Shown piece after piece: positions 17,150-26,110 of a stretch of DNA of 40,740 bases (positions within the stretch are counted from its first letter, which is position 1; every line of letters starts with the position of its first letter). The stretch is from the NCBI GenBank assembly GCA_014379065.1, contig JACMMM010000675.1, forward strand, positions 1-40,740, given 5' to 3'. A model generated the notes under the pieces. The model worked only from the letters and a program-made list of their open reading frames with translations, had not been told where the DNA came from and searched no databases. A program made the position numbers and the translations under genes. Source of the DNA: Saprospiraceae bacterium (GTDB lineage Bacteria; Bacteroidota; Bacteroidia; Chitinophagales; Saprospiraceae).

Positions 17150-20100
17150 TTACCTTTTCAGCTCCTTCACATTGTCCTTCGGCTCCCGGTCTATCAATAT
17201 CCTAAACGGATCAATGCCCGCCTTATCCGGTTTTTCATCTACCAGAAACGTGAACGTGTTGTCTTTCTGCGCAATCTTTACCCGCTGGCGGTAGAGTGTT
17301 TTGCCGTATTTTTTGTCCCCTTCCGGTTTTGCAAAAGCCCCGATTTCTATCCAGTCATTCACCGGCACCTCGGTCTCCTTGCCGAGTTCGTCGGCTTTGA
17401 GTTTGCGGCATTCCACTTGAATGGTTAACTCATATTTTCCATTGCCGAGTTCTTTCATCGAGGCCTCTTTGGTCTTGTTCTCAAACAGCGTGATGTCCCA
17501 GAACAAGTCCTGAATGATGTATTTCAGCGAATCCGGTGTCTGTGCCGCAAATTCATTCACCACATCAATGCTGGTCGGGTACGGCGGGGCCTTGTAGCGG
17601 AATTTTTCCAAAAACGCCTTTAAGCCAGCATTCACCTTGTCTTCGCCGATCATCTCCTTGAGGTAGTACATCACTGCCGAGCCTTTGTTGTAGTGGATGT
17701 AGCCCTGCCGTTCGCATTTCGCGAGCGGCATTTCGCGCAGGGTTTCGCGGCCTCGGTCTCGGAGGTATTTGTCCGTTTCATACTCCAAAAACTTGCGCAT
17801 CACATCGCGGCCATATTCGTGTTCCATCACCATAAGTGCGGAATATTGGGCGAAGGTCTCGGTGGTCATTTCCGCGCCCTGCATGTTCGCGCCGCATTCT
17901 TGGTGTGCCCACCATTGATGGCCCATCTCGTGCGCCACCACATAGTACACCATGTCGATATCGTCTTTTTCCTGTCGGAAATCTTCGATAAAACCAATGC
18001 CTTCAGAATACGGCATGGTGCCAGGGAAGGCCTGGGCAAATTCCGCATACCGGGGAAACTCTATGATGCGGCATTGTTTGTGGTAGTAAGGCCCGAAGTG
18101 GGCGGTATAATATTCTATGCTTTTTTGCATGGATTTCAGCATACGCGGCACGTTTCGGGCATGGTCGGCATGGTAGTACACCTCGTAAGTGATGCCTTCT
18201 TTTTGTTCCCGTGCCACCTCATAGTGTGCAGACAGGAAGGAGTAAAAATTCCAGGCTTTGTGGTCAAGTTTGTAGTGGAAAATGCGGCGATCCCCCTCCG
18301 TCTTTTCACTGAGGAGCGAACCCGGTGCGATGGCAATCTGATCGGCAGAAGTGCTGATCGTGGTTTCTACGGTGACCCAATCCGAGTCAATGCTGAGATA
18401 TTGGTTGCTGCGGGCGGCAAGGTTGGCCGTGTCGAGTGGCGGCATCCGTGTCTTTTCGGGCAGGCCATACTCGCGGCGTTTGTTTTTTTCGCTGAGCTCG
18501 CCGCCTTCGTGGTAGCCAAAGGTGGGCGAGATGTCACCGTTGTTGAAAAAGGTACCGTTTTGCATGATGCTTGTGTTCGACAGTTCGTTTTCAAAACCTT
18601 TGGCGCGATATACCGTGTTGAATTTCAACAACATAGAATCTCCCGGAGCAAGTGTGGGGTTGATTTTGTAAAAGCGCAAGTAAAGCGTCGAGTCGTTGAG
18701 CAAGAGGGCGAGGCGTGGATTATCAAATTGAAAATCGCCTTGCGAAGGAATGTGCATGAACAAGGTGTCGATCGGCTTTGCGTGTATGTTGCGCACCCAC
18801 ATTTGGCCATCGGCCTCGTAAGTACGAGTTTCGGGGAAAATGCGGATGTCGTATTTCAGGTCGTAAGTGCGTGGCTGCGGGAATCCTTGAAAATGCTTGT
18901 ACTCGTTTTCGTACCGCGCCATGCGTTTCTCCTGCGTGTTTTCGCTGACGGGTTTGTTCGAAATTTTGGTGTTGTAATAAACAAAGCCCGCACTGCAAAT
19001 CCATACCGCGAGTAGGCCCAATCCTACAATTCTGTACGTTTTCCATTCTTGCCTGGCCAGCGAGAGGCGTTTGCGCCAACCAGACTCTTTGCCGCGCGGC
19101 CAAAGGCAGATTGCCACGATCGCCAGCAAACCGCTGATCAACAGCCAGTAAGAATGAAACCATGTAAGTCCTTGTGCGTAAGGCAGATAGCCGTAAAGGT
19201 CGCTGACGGTGTACGAGGGGGTGCCACCGAGTTTCACCATGTTGCTCGAAATGTCGATAACGCCCCACACAAAAGAGTTGACCGCTACCAGAACAATGCA
19301 GATGAAAAACCCAAGGTACATGTTGGGCGACACCGCATGAATGAACATGAACAATGCGGCCAGAAAGGCAAAGCCCAGCACATCGAGCACCAGCAGTTCG
19401 CGGATATAAACACCTAGTTCAAAACGGTCGTAGCCATGCAAGGCTTGAGCGCACACGGCAGCGATTATGGCGACGAGATTCAGCAAGAACACCACCGAAA
19501 CGATGGTGCCGTATTTTGCCAAATAGCCCGTCCAAGTGCGGGTGGGCAACGCGTCATAGATTTCATTGACTTTGGCTGTGCGCTCTTTCCACACCAGTGC
19601 ACCCGTGAAATAAGTCAGGATAGAAATGGTGAACAGGTAAAACGCACCCCGCACGATGTCCACCATCGTGTAGGTTACGGGCAGGTTGTGGGTGCCGTAA
19701 CCATCGGTGGCGTATTGAAAACTGGGGATGCAATTGAGCAGCCCGATAAAAGTGAGCAGGATAAACGGGGTGCTTTTGATAACGCCATTGAAGTCGGTGC
19801 GCATTTGACTCCACAGTTGGCGGAGGGTGGTAGAAGTACCAACTCCCGGCGTGACACGGGGCAATTCACCGAGTTGCTTGAGACCGTATTCCTCTGGTTC
19901 TGAGATGGTTTTAGCCTTTTTGCCGCCCTTCATTTTTTCGGCAAAATCAAACTTAAAATACCCTGCAATAAGCACGGCCAAACCGACGGCCATCCAAAGC
20001 AAACGGTTCACCAAGATGCCGGGCGCAAAGAGGCTGACCGATTGGTGGTTCTTCTCGTCCACAGTCCAATACTTCGTAAGTATGGAAAAAGAGCGACTGC

Positions 20101-20746
20101 CAAAGGGATCCAGAAGGCTTGCCACTTGTTCATTCTGCATATCCCGCATCAGGTTGCCCGCTATGATGTACCCCACCAAAAGCACTACGGCTGCCACGAA
20201 GGAGTACATGGTGCTGCGGGTAAGCACGGCTACTGCGTAAAGAATCCCTCCGGCAAAAATCATGTTGGGGATCACCACGGTAATGTATGCGTTGAGGTGT
20301 CCCTGAAACTCAAAAGGCCCAAACCGCGATGCATCCACCCAACCCATTGCAGGCCCGATCACAGCCCCTATCCACATGCCCAAAGACACGCCCAACATCG
20401 GGATTAAAGCAACCAACAACGCCCCGGCGAAATGGCCAAAATAGTAGCCCGCCTTGCTGATCGGGGAGGAAAAAACGATTTGGGAAGTATTGCTCTCAAA
20501 ATCGCGGACAGCAGCGCCATTGAGGAACGCCACCACGAGCAACAAGGAGAGGATGGAAAACACGACATACCAGTTCTGCGCCACAAATGGGGCGTTTTTC
20601 CAGACGTTGCCGTAGGAGCCGCCGATTTGAATCTCGTCGCTGACAGTGGCCCCGAAGGTCATCAGAGCAAAGACGAAGAGGAAAATCCAAGGCATGGGCG
20701 AGCGCAACCATGCCTTTATTTCAAAAGAGAAAAAGGTGCTAAACAT
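17150..20746 (-). CDS. ABC-2 type permease fused to an M1 family aminopeptidase domain
   Basis: About 590-aa multi-TM N-terminal half; VAHEMGHQWW zinc motif with downstream E (TETFAQY) and HYNKG. Confidence 0.93.
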   Translation of the reverse strand: MFSTFFSFEIKAWLRSPMPWIFLFVFALMTFGATVSDEIQIGGSYGNVWKNAPFVAQNWYVVFSILSLLLVVAFLNGAAVRDFESNTSQIVFSSPISKAGYYFGHFAGALLVALIPMLGVSLGMWIGAVIGPAMGWVDASRFGPFEFQGHLNAYITVVIPNMIFAGGILYAVAVLTRSTMYSFVAAVVLLVGYIIAGNLMRDMQNEQVASLLDPFGSRSFSILTKYWTVDEKNHQSVSLFAPGILVNRLLWMAVGLAVLIAGYFKFDFAEKMKGGKKAKTISEPEEYGLKQLGELPRVTPGVGTSTTLRQLWSQMRTDFNGVIKSTPFILLTFIGLLNCIPSFQYATDGYGTHNLPVTYTMVDIVRGAFYLFTISILTYFTGALVWKERTAKVNEIYDALPTRTWTGYLAKYGTIVSVVFLLNLVAIIAAVCAQALHGYDRFELGVYIRELLVLDVLGFAFLAALFMFIHAVSPNMYLGFFICIVLVAVNSFVWGVIDISSNMVKLGGTPSYTVSDLYGYLPYAQGLTWFHSYWLLISGLLAIVAICLWPRGKESGWRKRLSLARQEWKTYRIVGLGLLAVWICSAGFVYYNTKISNKPVSENTQEKRMARYENEYKHFQGFPQPRTYDLKYDIRIFPETRTYEADGQMWVRNIHAKPIDTLFMHIPSQGDFQFDNPRLALLLNDSTLYLRFYKINPTLAPGDSMLLKFNTVYRAKGFENELSNTSIMQNGTFFNNGDISPTFGYHEGGELSEKNKRREYGLPEKTRMPPLDTANLAARSNQYLSIDSDWVTVETTISTSADQIAIAPGSLLSEKTEGDRRIFHYKLDHKAWNFYSFLSAHYEVAREQKEGITYEVYYHADHARNVPRMLKSMQKSIEYYTAHFGPYYHKQCRIIEFPRYAEFAQAFPGTMPYSEGIGFIEDFRQEKDDIDMVYYVVAHEMGHQWWAHQECGANMQGAEMTTETFAQYSALMVMEHEYGRDVMRKFLEYETDKYLRDRGRETLREMPLAKCERQGYIHYNKGSAVMYYLKEMIGEDKVNAGLKAFLEKFRYKAPPYPTSIDVVNEFAAQTPDSLKYIIQDLFWDITLFENKTKEASMKELGNGKYELTIQVECRKLKADELGKETEVPVNDWIEIGAFAKPEGDKKYGKTLYRQRVKIAQKDNTFTFLVDEKPDKAGIDPFRILIDREPKDNVKELKR

Positions 20747-20761
20747 AGGTCAGGTTTGGGG

Positions 20762-21652
20762 TTATGCGGCCATGATTTTTGAGAAAAACACATCCTCCAA
20801 TCCCGCTGCTGCCCGCCGGAAATCACCACCCGGATCCTCTTCGCTTAAAATATGAATGATCGGCTTGCCCGCCACGAGTTTGCTTGAAATCACCCTGAAT
20901 CGGCCCTGATAATCGTCAATTTCAGCCTTTGCGATGGCTTTTTCCCAGATTTTGCCTTCTAATTCTGTCAGTGCAGCCTCTGGCGAACCTGCATAGAGCA
21001 CCATTCCCCCGTTGATGATGGCCATGTTGGAACAAAGCTCCTTCACGTCTTCCACGATGTGTGTAGACAAGATCACGATCACATTTTCGCCAATTTCGGA
21101 AAGCAGATTGTAAAATCGGTTGCGCTCGCCGGGGTCGAGTCCGGCAGTGGGTTCGTCCACAATAATGAGTTTCGGGTCTCCGATCAGGGCTTGGGCGATG
21201 CCAAAGCGTTGGCGCATACCACCAGAATAGGAAGAAACGGATTTTTTGCGATGTTCCCACAAGTTGACGCGCTGGAGCAGTGCGTTGACTACCTCTTTAT
21301 TCTGTCCGCCCGGGATGCCTTTCAGCGTAGCAAGGTGACCGAGCATATCCACCGCCGAAATGCGCGGATAAATGCCAAATTCCTGCGGTAGGTAACCGAG
21401 GGTTCGGCGCACCGCATCCTTGTCTTTCAAAACATCTATGCCCCCTGCTGTCCCACCGTCAGATGGAAGAAGCCAGGCCGTGCCGCTGTCGGCTTCCTGC
21501 AAAGTAGCAAGGGTACGCATGAGGGTGCTTTTGCCCGCGCCGTTGGGGCCGAGCAGGCCGTACATTCCGGTAGGAATATCGAGCGAGACATCTTGCAGGG
21601 CTTTGACCCCATTGGAGTATGTTTTGGAGAGGTTGCGGATAGTTAATTGCAT
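20762..21652 (-). CDS. ABC transporter ATP-binding protein
   Basis: GPNGAGKST Walker A, YSGGMRQR signature, IVDEPTAGLD Walker B; start MQLTIRN. Confidence 0.96.
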   Translation of the reverse strand: MQLTIRNLSKTYSNGVKALQDVSLDIPTGMYGLLGPNGAGKSTLMRTLATLQEADSGTAWLLPSDGGTAGGIDVLKDKDAVRRTLGYLPQEFGIYPRISAVDMLGHLATLKGIPGGQNKEVVNALLQRVNLWEHRKKSVSSYSGGMRQRFGIAQALIGDPKLIIVDEPTAGLDPGERNRFYNLLSEIGENVIVILSTHIVEDVKELCSNMAIINGGMVLYAGSPEAALTELEGKIWEKAIAKAEIDDYQGRFRVISSKLVAGKPIIHILSEEDPGGDFRRAAAGLEDVFFSKIMAA

Positions 21653-21781
21653 AGCTGAGCGGTAGGGATAGGTGGTAGTAGCCGATTTTTCGGCGGCAAA
21701 TATGACACGCCTCGTTCGCAGGGTGTTACAAGAATAGAAGAAAGAAGCGTTTTTGCGGTTCAATCCCTTGACAACATAAGC

Positions 21782-23626
21782 CTATTCCACCCGCAGCACT
21801 TTTTTCAGCAACACGGAAGCATTTTGGCTGGGTATTTCCAACGACAAAGAATAAATGCCCTTTGGCAAATTCGCCGTCGGAAGTTGGAGCGATTGCTTCC
21901 CAGCTACAATCTGTACGGACTGGGTCCCGGCAAGCACGCCCAAAATATCGCGCAGCACCAGGCGGCCTTCAAAATCGGATGCGCTTTCGAACGCAACATT
22001 CAAAACATTTTTGAACGGCACAGGCGACACTACCACCTTGTCAATCTTGTCAAGTTCGGTCGTGGCTACCACCACCTCGGGGCAAGTGAATCCACGGCGC
22101 ACTTGTCCCCGGATTTCTCCGCTAAGATTGCCAGGGGTGCTAATCAGTACATAAGTGCCGCTGTTTTCGATGATCGGGCCGAGCGCTGCCATAATTTCAT
22201 GCGAGCCGGCAATGATGGGCTCTGTAAGGGGCATTGAGTGAAAGGCAGTGCCATTAGCGCCAAAGCCAGCGGTTGCAAAGTAAGCATCCACAGGCGCCCC
22301 AGCCAAACCATCTGCAATAAGTTTGTAATTGAGGTAGCAGTTAGCCTGATCCACGGATGCAACGGCGATTCCAAGTGCATTGCTGTTGGTAGGAGGCACC
22401 ACTTGAACGCCACACAGATCAAAAGCATAAGCTTTTCGAAGGGTGTTTTTCATCACGCCTCTTATCTGTCCATTAGGGAAGGTGGGGGAAGTGACATTGA
22501 TGAACAGGCGACCTTGGGCAAAATCGGTCAGTTGCGCTGCTGTGATTTTGTATTTTTTCGCATAAAGCCCTGGGGCTGTTGAAAAGCCCATGTCCAACAG
22601 CTCAGTGCCAACTTCGTTTGGATTTCCAATGCGGATTTTTACAGAAGTTGGCAGAATGTCAGCGACATATATAGTAGTGGTAAGGCTGTCAAGCGTCCCA
22701 TTTAGAATGCTGCGGCTGAACCCAAAAGCTGCCGATGGCGGAAAAGGAGGGGGTAATTGTTGTACTTCGTTGATCGGGGCCAAAGAACCAAAATAGCCGA
22801 TGTGATTCACTTGGCCACGTATTTCTCCTGCGGGAAAATTGACCGTTTTGATTACGATGTAATATTTGCCTTCACGACATTTTAGGAGAAAATCAGGGTC
22901 AACAGTGTCCAGTTGAATAAGTCCCTGGAGAATATTGCCAAAACCTGAAATCTTGGAAACCAATGTCCCCGTCTGCCCGACAGCTCCTTCGTAAATACCC
23001 GCGCTGATAATCGCGCTGCTCAAACCGTGTACCACAAAAGCATACACCACGTCAGCAGCCCCTAATGGGTAGTGAATGCCGCCAAAAGCCCTGGCGGTTG
23101 AGTTGTTGGGTGGCTCCGCTTCGCTGCCTGCCAGCATACAACTAAAATCTTGGTCGGTTTCGCAGACAAATTGGCCGCGAATCTCGCCATTCGGGTGCGC
23201 TGTAGTGCGCACATCGGCATACACGCCATTGATCAACAAGTTTTGAAGGAGCTGAGGGGTAACGTTCAATTGACCGATCACGTGTCGCCCATTAATAAGC
23301 GGTAAAAAATCAAGCAGCACGGCACCCGTTTGGCCGGTAATGCCAAGGCGGATTTTGGCTTCCGTGACCGCTCCGTCCATTTTCACCAGCATCCCGCTTA
23401 CGTTCACTTTTGTACGGTCGGGGGTAAAAATAAAAGTGATAAGGCCCTTGGCATCCGTATTTACGGCCGGAATGGCTTCTGAGCCGCTTAACTCGACGTG
23501 GAAAACCAAGTGGGGGATAGGATTTTGCGCTTTGAGCGGCGTGGCCATAAGGCTGGCAATGATCAACCCCAGCGTCGTCAAAATTTTGAGATGCGAGGGG
23601 CGAAGAAGGTGGGCAGTTTTATTCAT
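21782..23626 (-). CDS. CHRD-domain protein (4 repeats) with T9SS C-terminal sorting domain
   Basis: Four L-x-G...P-x-GEIRGQ units; C-terminal VSPVPF...LPKGIYSL...KKVLRVE. Confidence 0.88.
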   Translation of the reverse strand: MNKTAHLLRPSHLKILTTLGLIIASLMATPLKAQNPIPHLVFHVELSGSEAIPAVNTDAKGLITFIFTPDRTKVNVSGMLVKMDGAVTEAKIRLGITGQTGAVLLDFLPLINGRHVIGQLNVTPQLLQNLLINGVYADVRTTAHPNGEIRGQFVCETDQDFSCMLAGSEAEPPNNSTARAFGGIHYPLGAADVVYAFVVHGLSSAIISAGIYEGAVGQTGTLVSKISGFGNILQGLIQLDTVDPDFLLKCREGKYYIVIKTVNFPAGEIRGQVNHIGYFGSLAPINEVQQLPPPFPPSAAFGFSRSILNGTLDSLTTTIYVADILPTSVKIRIGNPNEVGTELLDMGFSTAPGLYAKKYKITAAQLTDFAQGRLFINVTSPTFPNGQIRGVMKNTLRKAYAFDLCGVQVVPPTNSNALGIAVASVDQANCYLNYKLIADGLAGAPVDAYFATAGFGANGTAFHSMPLTEPIIAGSHEIMAALGPIIENSGTYVLISTPGNLSGEIRGQVRRGFTCPEVVVATTELDKIDKVVVSPVPFKNVLNVAFESASDFEGRLVLRDILGVLAGTQSVQIVAGKQSLQLPTANLPKGIYSLSLEIPSQNASVLLKKVLRVE

Positions 23627-23815
23627 GGTGAAAATTTGTTTGAGAATGTAAATTTCTATTGCAAACCTACTGCTTTCCGATTTTCATTTTTAAGGTATTT
23701 TGAAAGACGGCTCGACCAAATCCACATTTCGACCTTCCTTATGACGCATTCGCTCATTCTGGCCAAAATCATGCGGAGAAAAGGCGACCTTTTCAGCAAA
23801 ATCCATCGCCTCGTC

Positions 23816-25993
23816 ATGAAAATACAACTCTTTTTGGTCCTTGGCCTTAGCTTTCACTGCTCTTTTCTTTTAGCGCAAGTACCCCAATGGCAGCATATTC
23901 CCGGGCCCGATGGCGGCCACATAGAAAACTTTGACTTGGATGGTACGGCACTCTATGCGCTTACTCAGTCGGGAATCTACCGCTCCGAGGATGAGGGTTA
24001 TCATTGGGAGTTGCTTCCTCAATCGCTCGCTAATACTCGTTATATGTATCAACTTCGTGTAGAAAAAGGTGTATTCTATGCTATTAACAAAAATGGCGCG
24101 CTGGTTCGCAGTGACGACCAAGGCGCGTCCTGGAAGCCCGTGTTGCAAAAACCTTTTCCTTTTAATTTTGAAGAGGAGCATCTACAGCAACTTTTTGTCA
24201 AAGGCGACACCATACTCGTCGGAAGCCTGTTTACCATTTATCGTTCCACCAACCGAGGCGAAACCTGGACGACTACGGCAGATTTAGCGCCTGCTTCTTT
24301 TGTTTCTATATTTGAGTTCAAAAACGAGATTTTCGCTGCCCAAGACCGCTATATTTATCGCTCTTCAAATGGTGGGATGAGCTGGGAGTCCGTATTTTCC
24401 AATGCCGTAGGATTTGCTTCTGTGACAGCGACGGACTCTTTTTTGCTGGCATTTTATGATGATCGAACGCGTCTGGTGCGAAGTACCGATGGCCTCCGCA
24501 GCTGGAAGGCTATTGATACGGATACGATCTTACAACATTTTGAAGGGGACGATATAGATGGATATTATCCCTTCACATGGGTTTGTGGCTCGGGATCTGA
24601 ACTCTATTATTTCCAAAATAAGAGTACAAATTTTCTTTGCCCGATCAGATATTGCTATTCTTTAGACATGGGCAATACCTGGCACGGGGGGAACAATCGC
24701 AACGAGGTATTAATTGCTGGAGCAATTAACGATGGAATAAATTTTGGCAATCACATTGTACTTGGATGTGATCTGATACAACATTCTGTGGACAGTGCGC
24801 AGACTTTTTTCCCGAATCAGGAGGGACTAGGGTGTGCCGTGATCAGACACGTTATTCACCAGCACAACAGCGTTTTTTCGACCACTGACTGGGAACACGA
24901 CCACTATTCGAGAGACTTGGGAGCGACCTGGGAGCAATTCCCGCTTTCAAGCTATTGGGAAGATAAATGCTATTCATCTGTTTGGTTTACTAACACTGAT
25001 GAAAGACTATTCCGTTTTCAAATAGACGCTCATTATTCTGAAGTGTCTCATAGCATGGATGGGGGGCAGACATGGAGCGCATTTGGACCAGAATATCCTT
25101 ATCGTAACTTCGTCACAAATCACGGCTTTTGGTATATAAAATTGGTGGAGACACCCTCCGGTGATATAAATAAAGTTTGGAAGTTCGCAGACCAGGACAC
25201 TGCTTCAAAAGAGATACAACTTGTTAACTTTGATATAAATGAACATTATTCCTTTTCATTCATCGGGCTTGGCGACAGATTTGGGATTAAAGCGAAAGAC
25301 GATTTCTATATCTTTGATGAAGCAGGATACCTAATTCAAAAATTGCCCCCTACACCCTGTATATCCATTTCGGATCCTAATCCCACCAGACTCTATTTCG
25401 CCAACAACACCTACTACAATTTTTGCAGCCACCATTGCTTTATCCTTCCGCCCAACGCTGCGGACTGGCAAGAAATATATCCGCAAGATTGGACCACTGG
25501 CATACCACTTTACCACAACCGTATGACATTTGCTGCCGAGCACGATGGGGTTCTCTGGGTGGGGCTAGAAGGCAAAGGACTTTTTTATGCCACTGATAAT
25601 ACTGGCCGTTTTTACCCAGCGCTTCCACAAATGCCTTATCCTTATCCGACTGCGATATCTTTCTATGAAAACGAGCTTTGGGTAGGCACCGATGGGGGCG
25701 GAATTTGGACTTATCCAGTTCCTAAAACACTTAGCTACCCCGCTAAAAACACTGTTTTTAAAGTCTTCCCCAACCCTTCCAATGGGGCATTAAATCTACA
25801 ATCTGACGCATTCGTTAAAGAAGACCTCAGCTTCTCCATTTTGGATGCGGCTGGCAGGCGTATTGAAAAAAAAGTGCTTTCTCCCGGCCAATATTGGAGC
25901 TTAGATTTTCCAGGGCTGCCCAAGGGGCTTTATTTTTTACAAATGCGCACAGAATCGGGTGTATTTGGGCTGAAATGGGTGGTGGAGAATTGA
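23816..25993 (+). CDS. BNR/Asp-box beta-propeller protein with T9SS C-terminal sorting domain
   Basis: Multiple R-S-x-D-x-G-x-x-W repeats; VFPNPS...LPKGLYFL CTD; signal peptide from MKIQLF. Confidence 0.85.
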   Translation: MKIQLFLVLGLSFHCSFLLAQVPQWQHIPGPDGGHIENFDLDGTALYALTQSGIYRSEDEGYHWELLPQSLANTRYMYQLRVEKGVFYAINKNGALVRSDDQGASWKPVLQKPFPFNFEEEHLQQLFVKGDTILVGSLFTIYRSTNRGETWTTTADLAPASFVSIFEFKNEIFAAQDRYIYRSSNGGMSWESVFSNAVGFASVTATDSFLLAFYDDRTRLVRSTDGLRSWKAIDTDTILQHFEGDDIDGYYPFTWVCGSGSELYYFQNKSTNFLCPIRYCYSLDMGNTWHGGNNRNEVLIAGAINDGINFGNHIVLGCDLIQHSVDSAQTFFPNQEGLGCAVIRHVIHQHNSVFSTTDWEHDHYSRDLGATWEQFPLSSYWEDKCYSSVWFTNTDERLFRFQIDAHYSEVSHSMDGGQTWSAFGPEYPYRNFVTNHGFWYIKLVETPSGDINKVWKFADQDTASKEIQLVNFDINEHYSFSFIGLGDRFGIKAKDDFYIFDEAGYLIQKLPPTPCISISDPNPTRLYFANNTYYNFCSHHCFILPPNAADWQEIYPQDWTTGIPLYHNRMTFAAEHDGVLWVGLEGKGLFYATDNTGRFYPALPQMPYPYPTAISFYENELWVGTDGGGIWTYPVPKTLSYPAKNTVFKVFPNPSNGALNLQSDAFVKEDLSFSILDAAGRRIEKKVLSPGQYWSLDFPGLPKGLYFLQMRTESGVFGLKWVVEN

Positions 25994-26110
25994 TGTGGGC
26001 AAACGCGCTATTTACACCCTCATTTTCCGCGCTCGTAGAGTTTTGAAATAGGATCGTAGTGGAATGTGCTGATTTGCACGGTTTTTCTCCTATAGAGAAA
26101 ATCCTATGCT

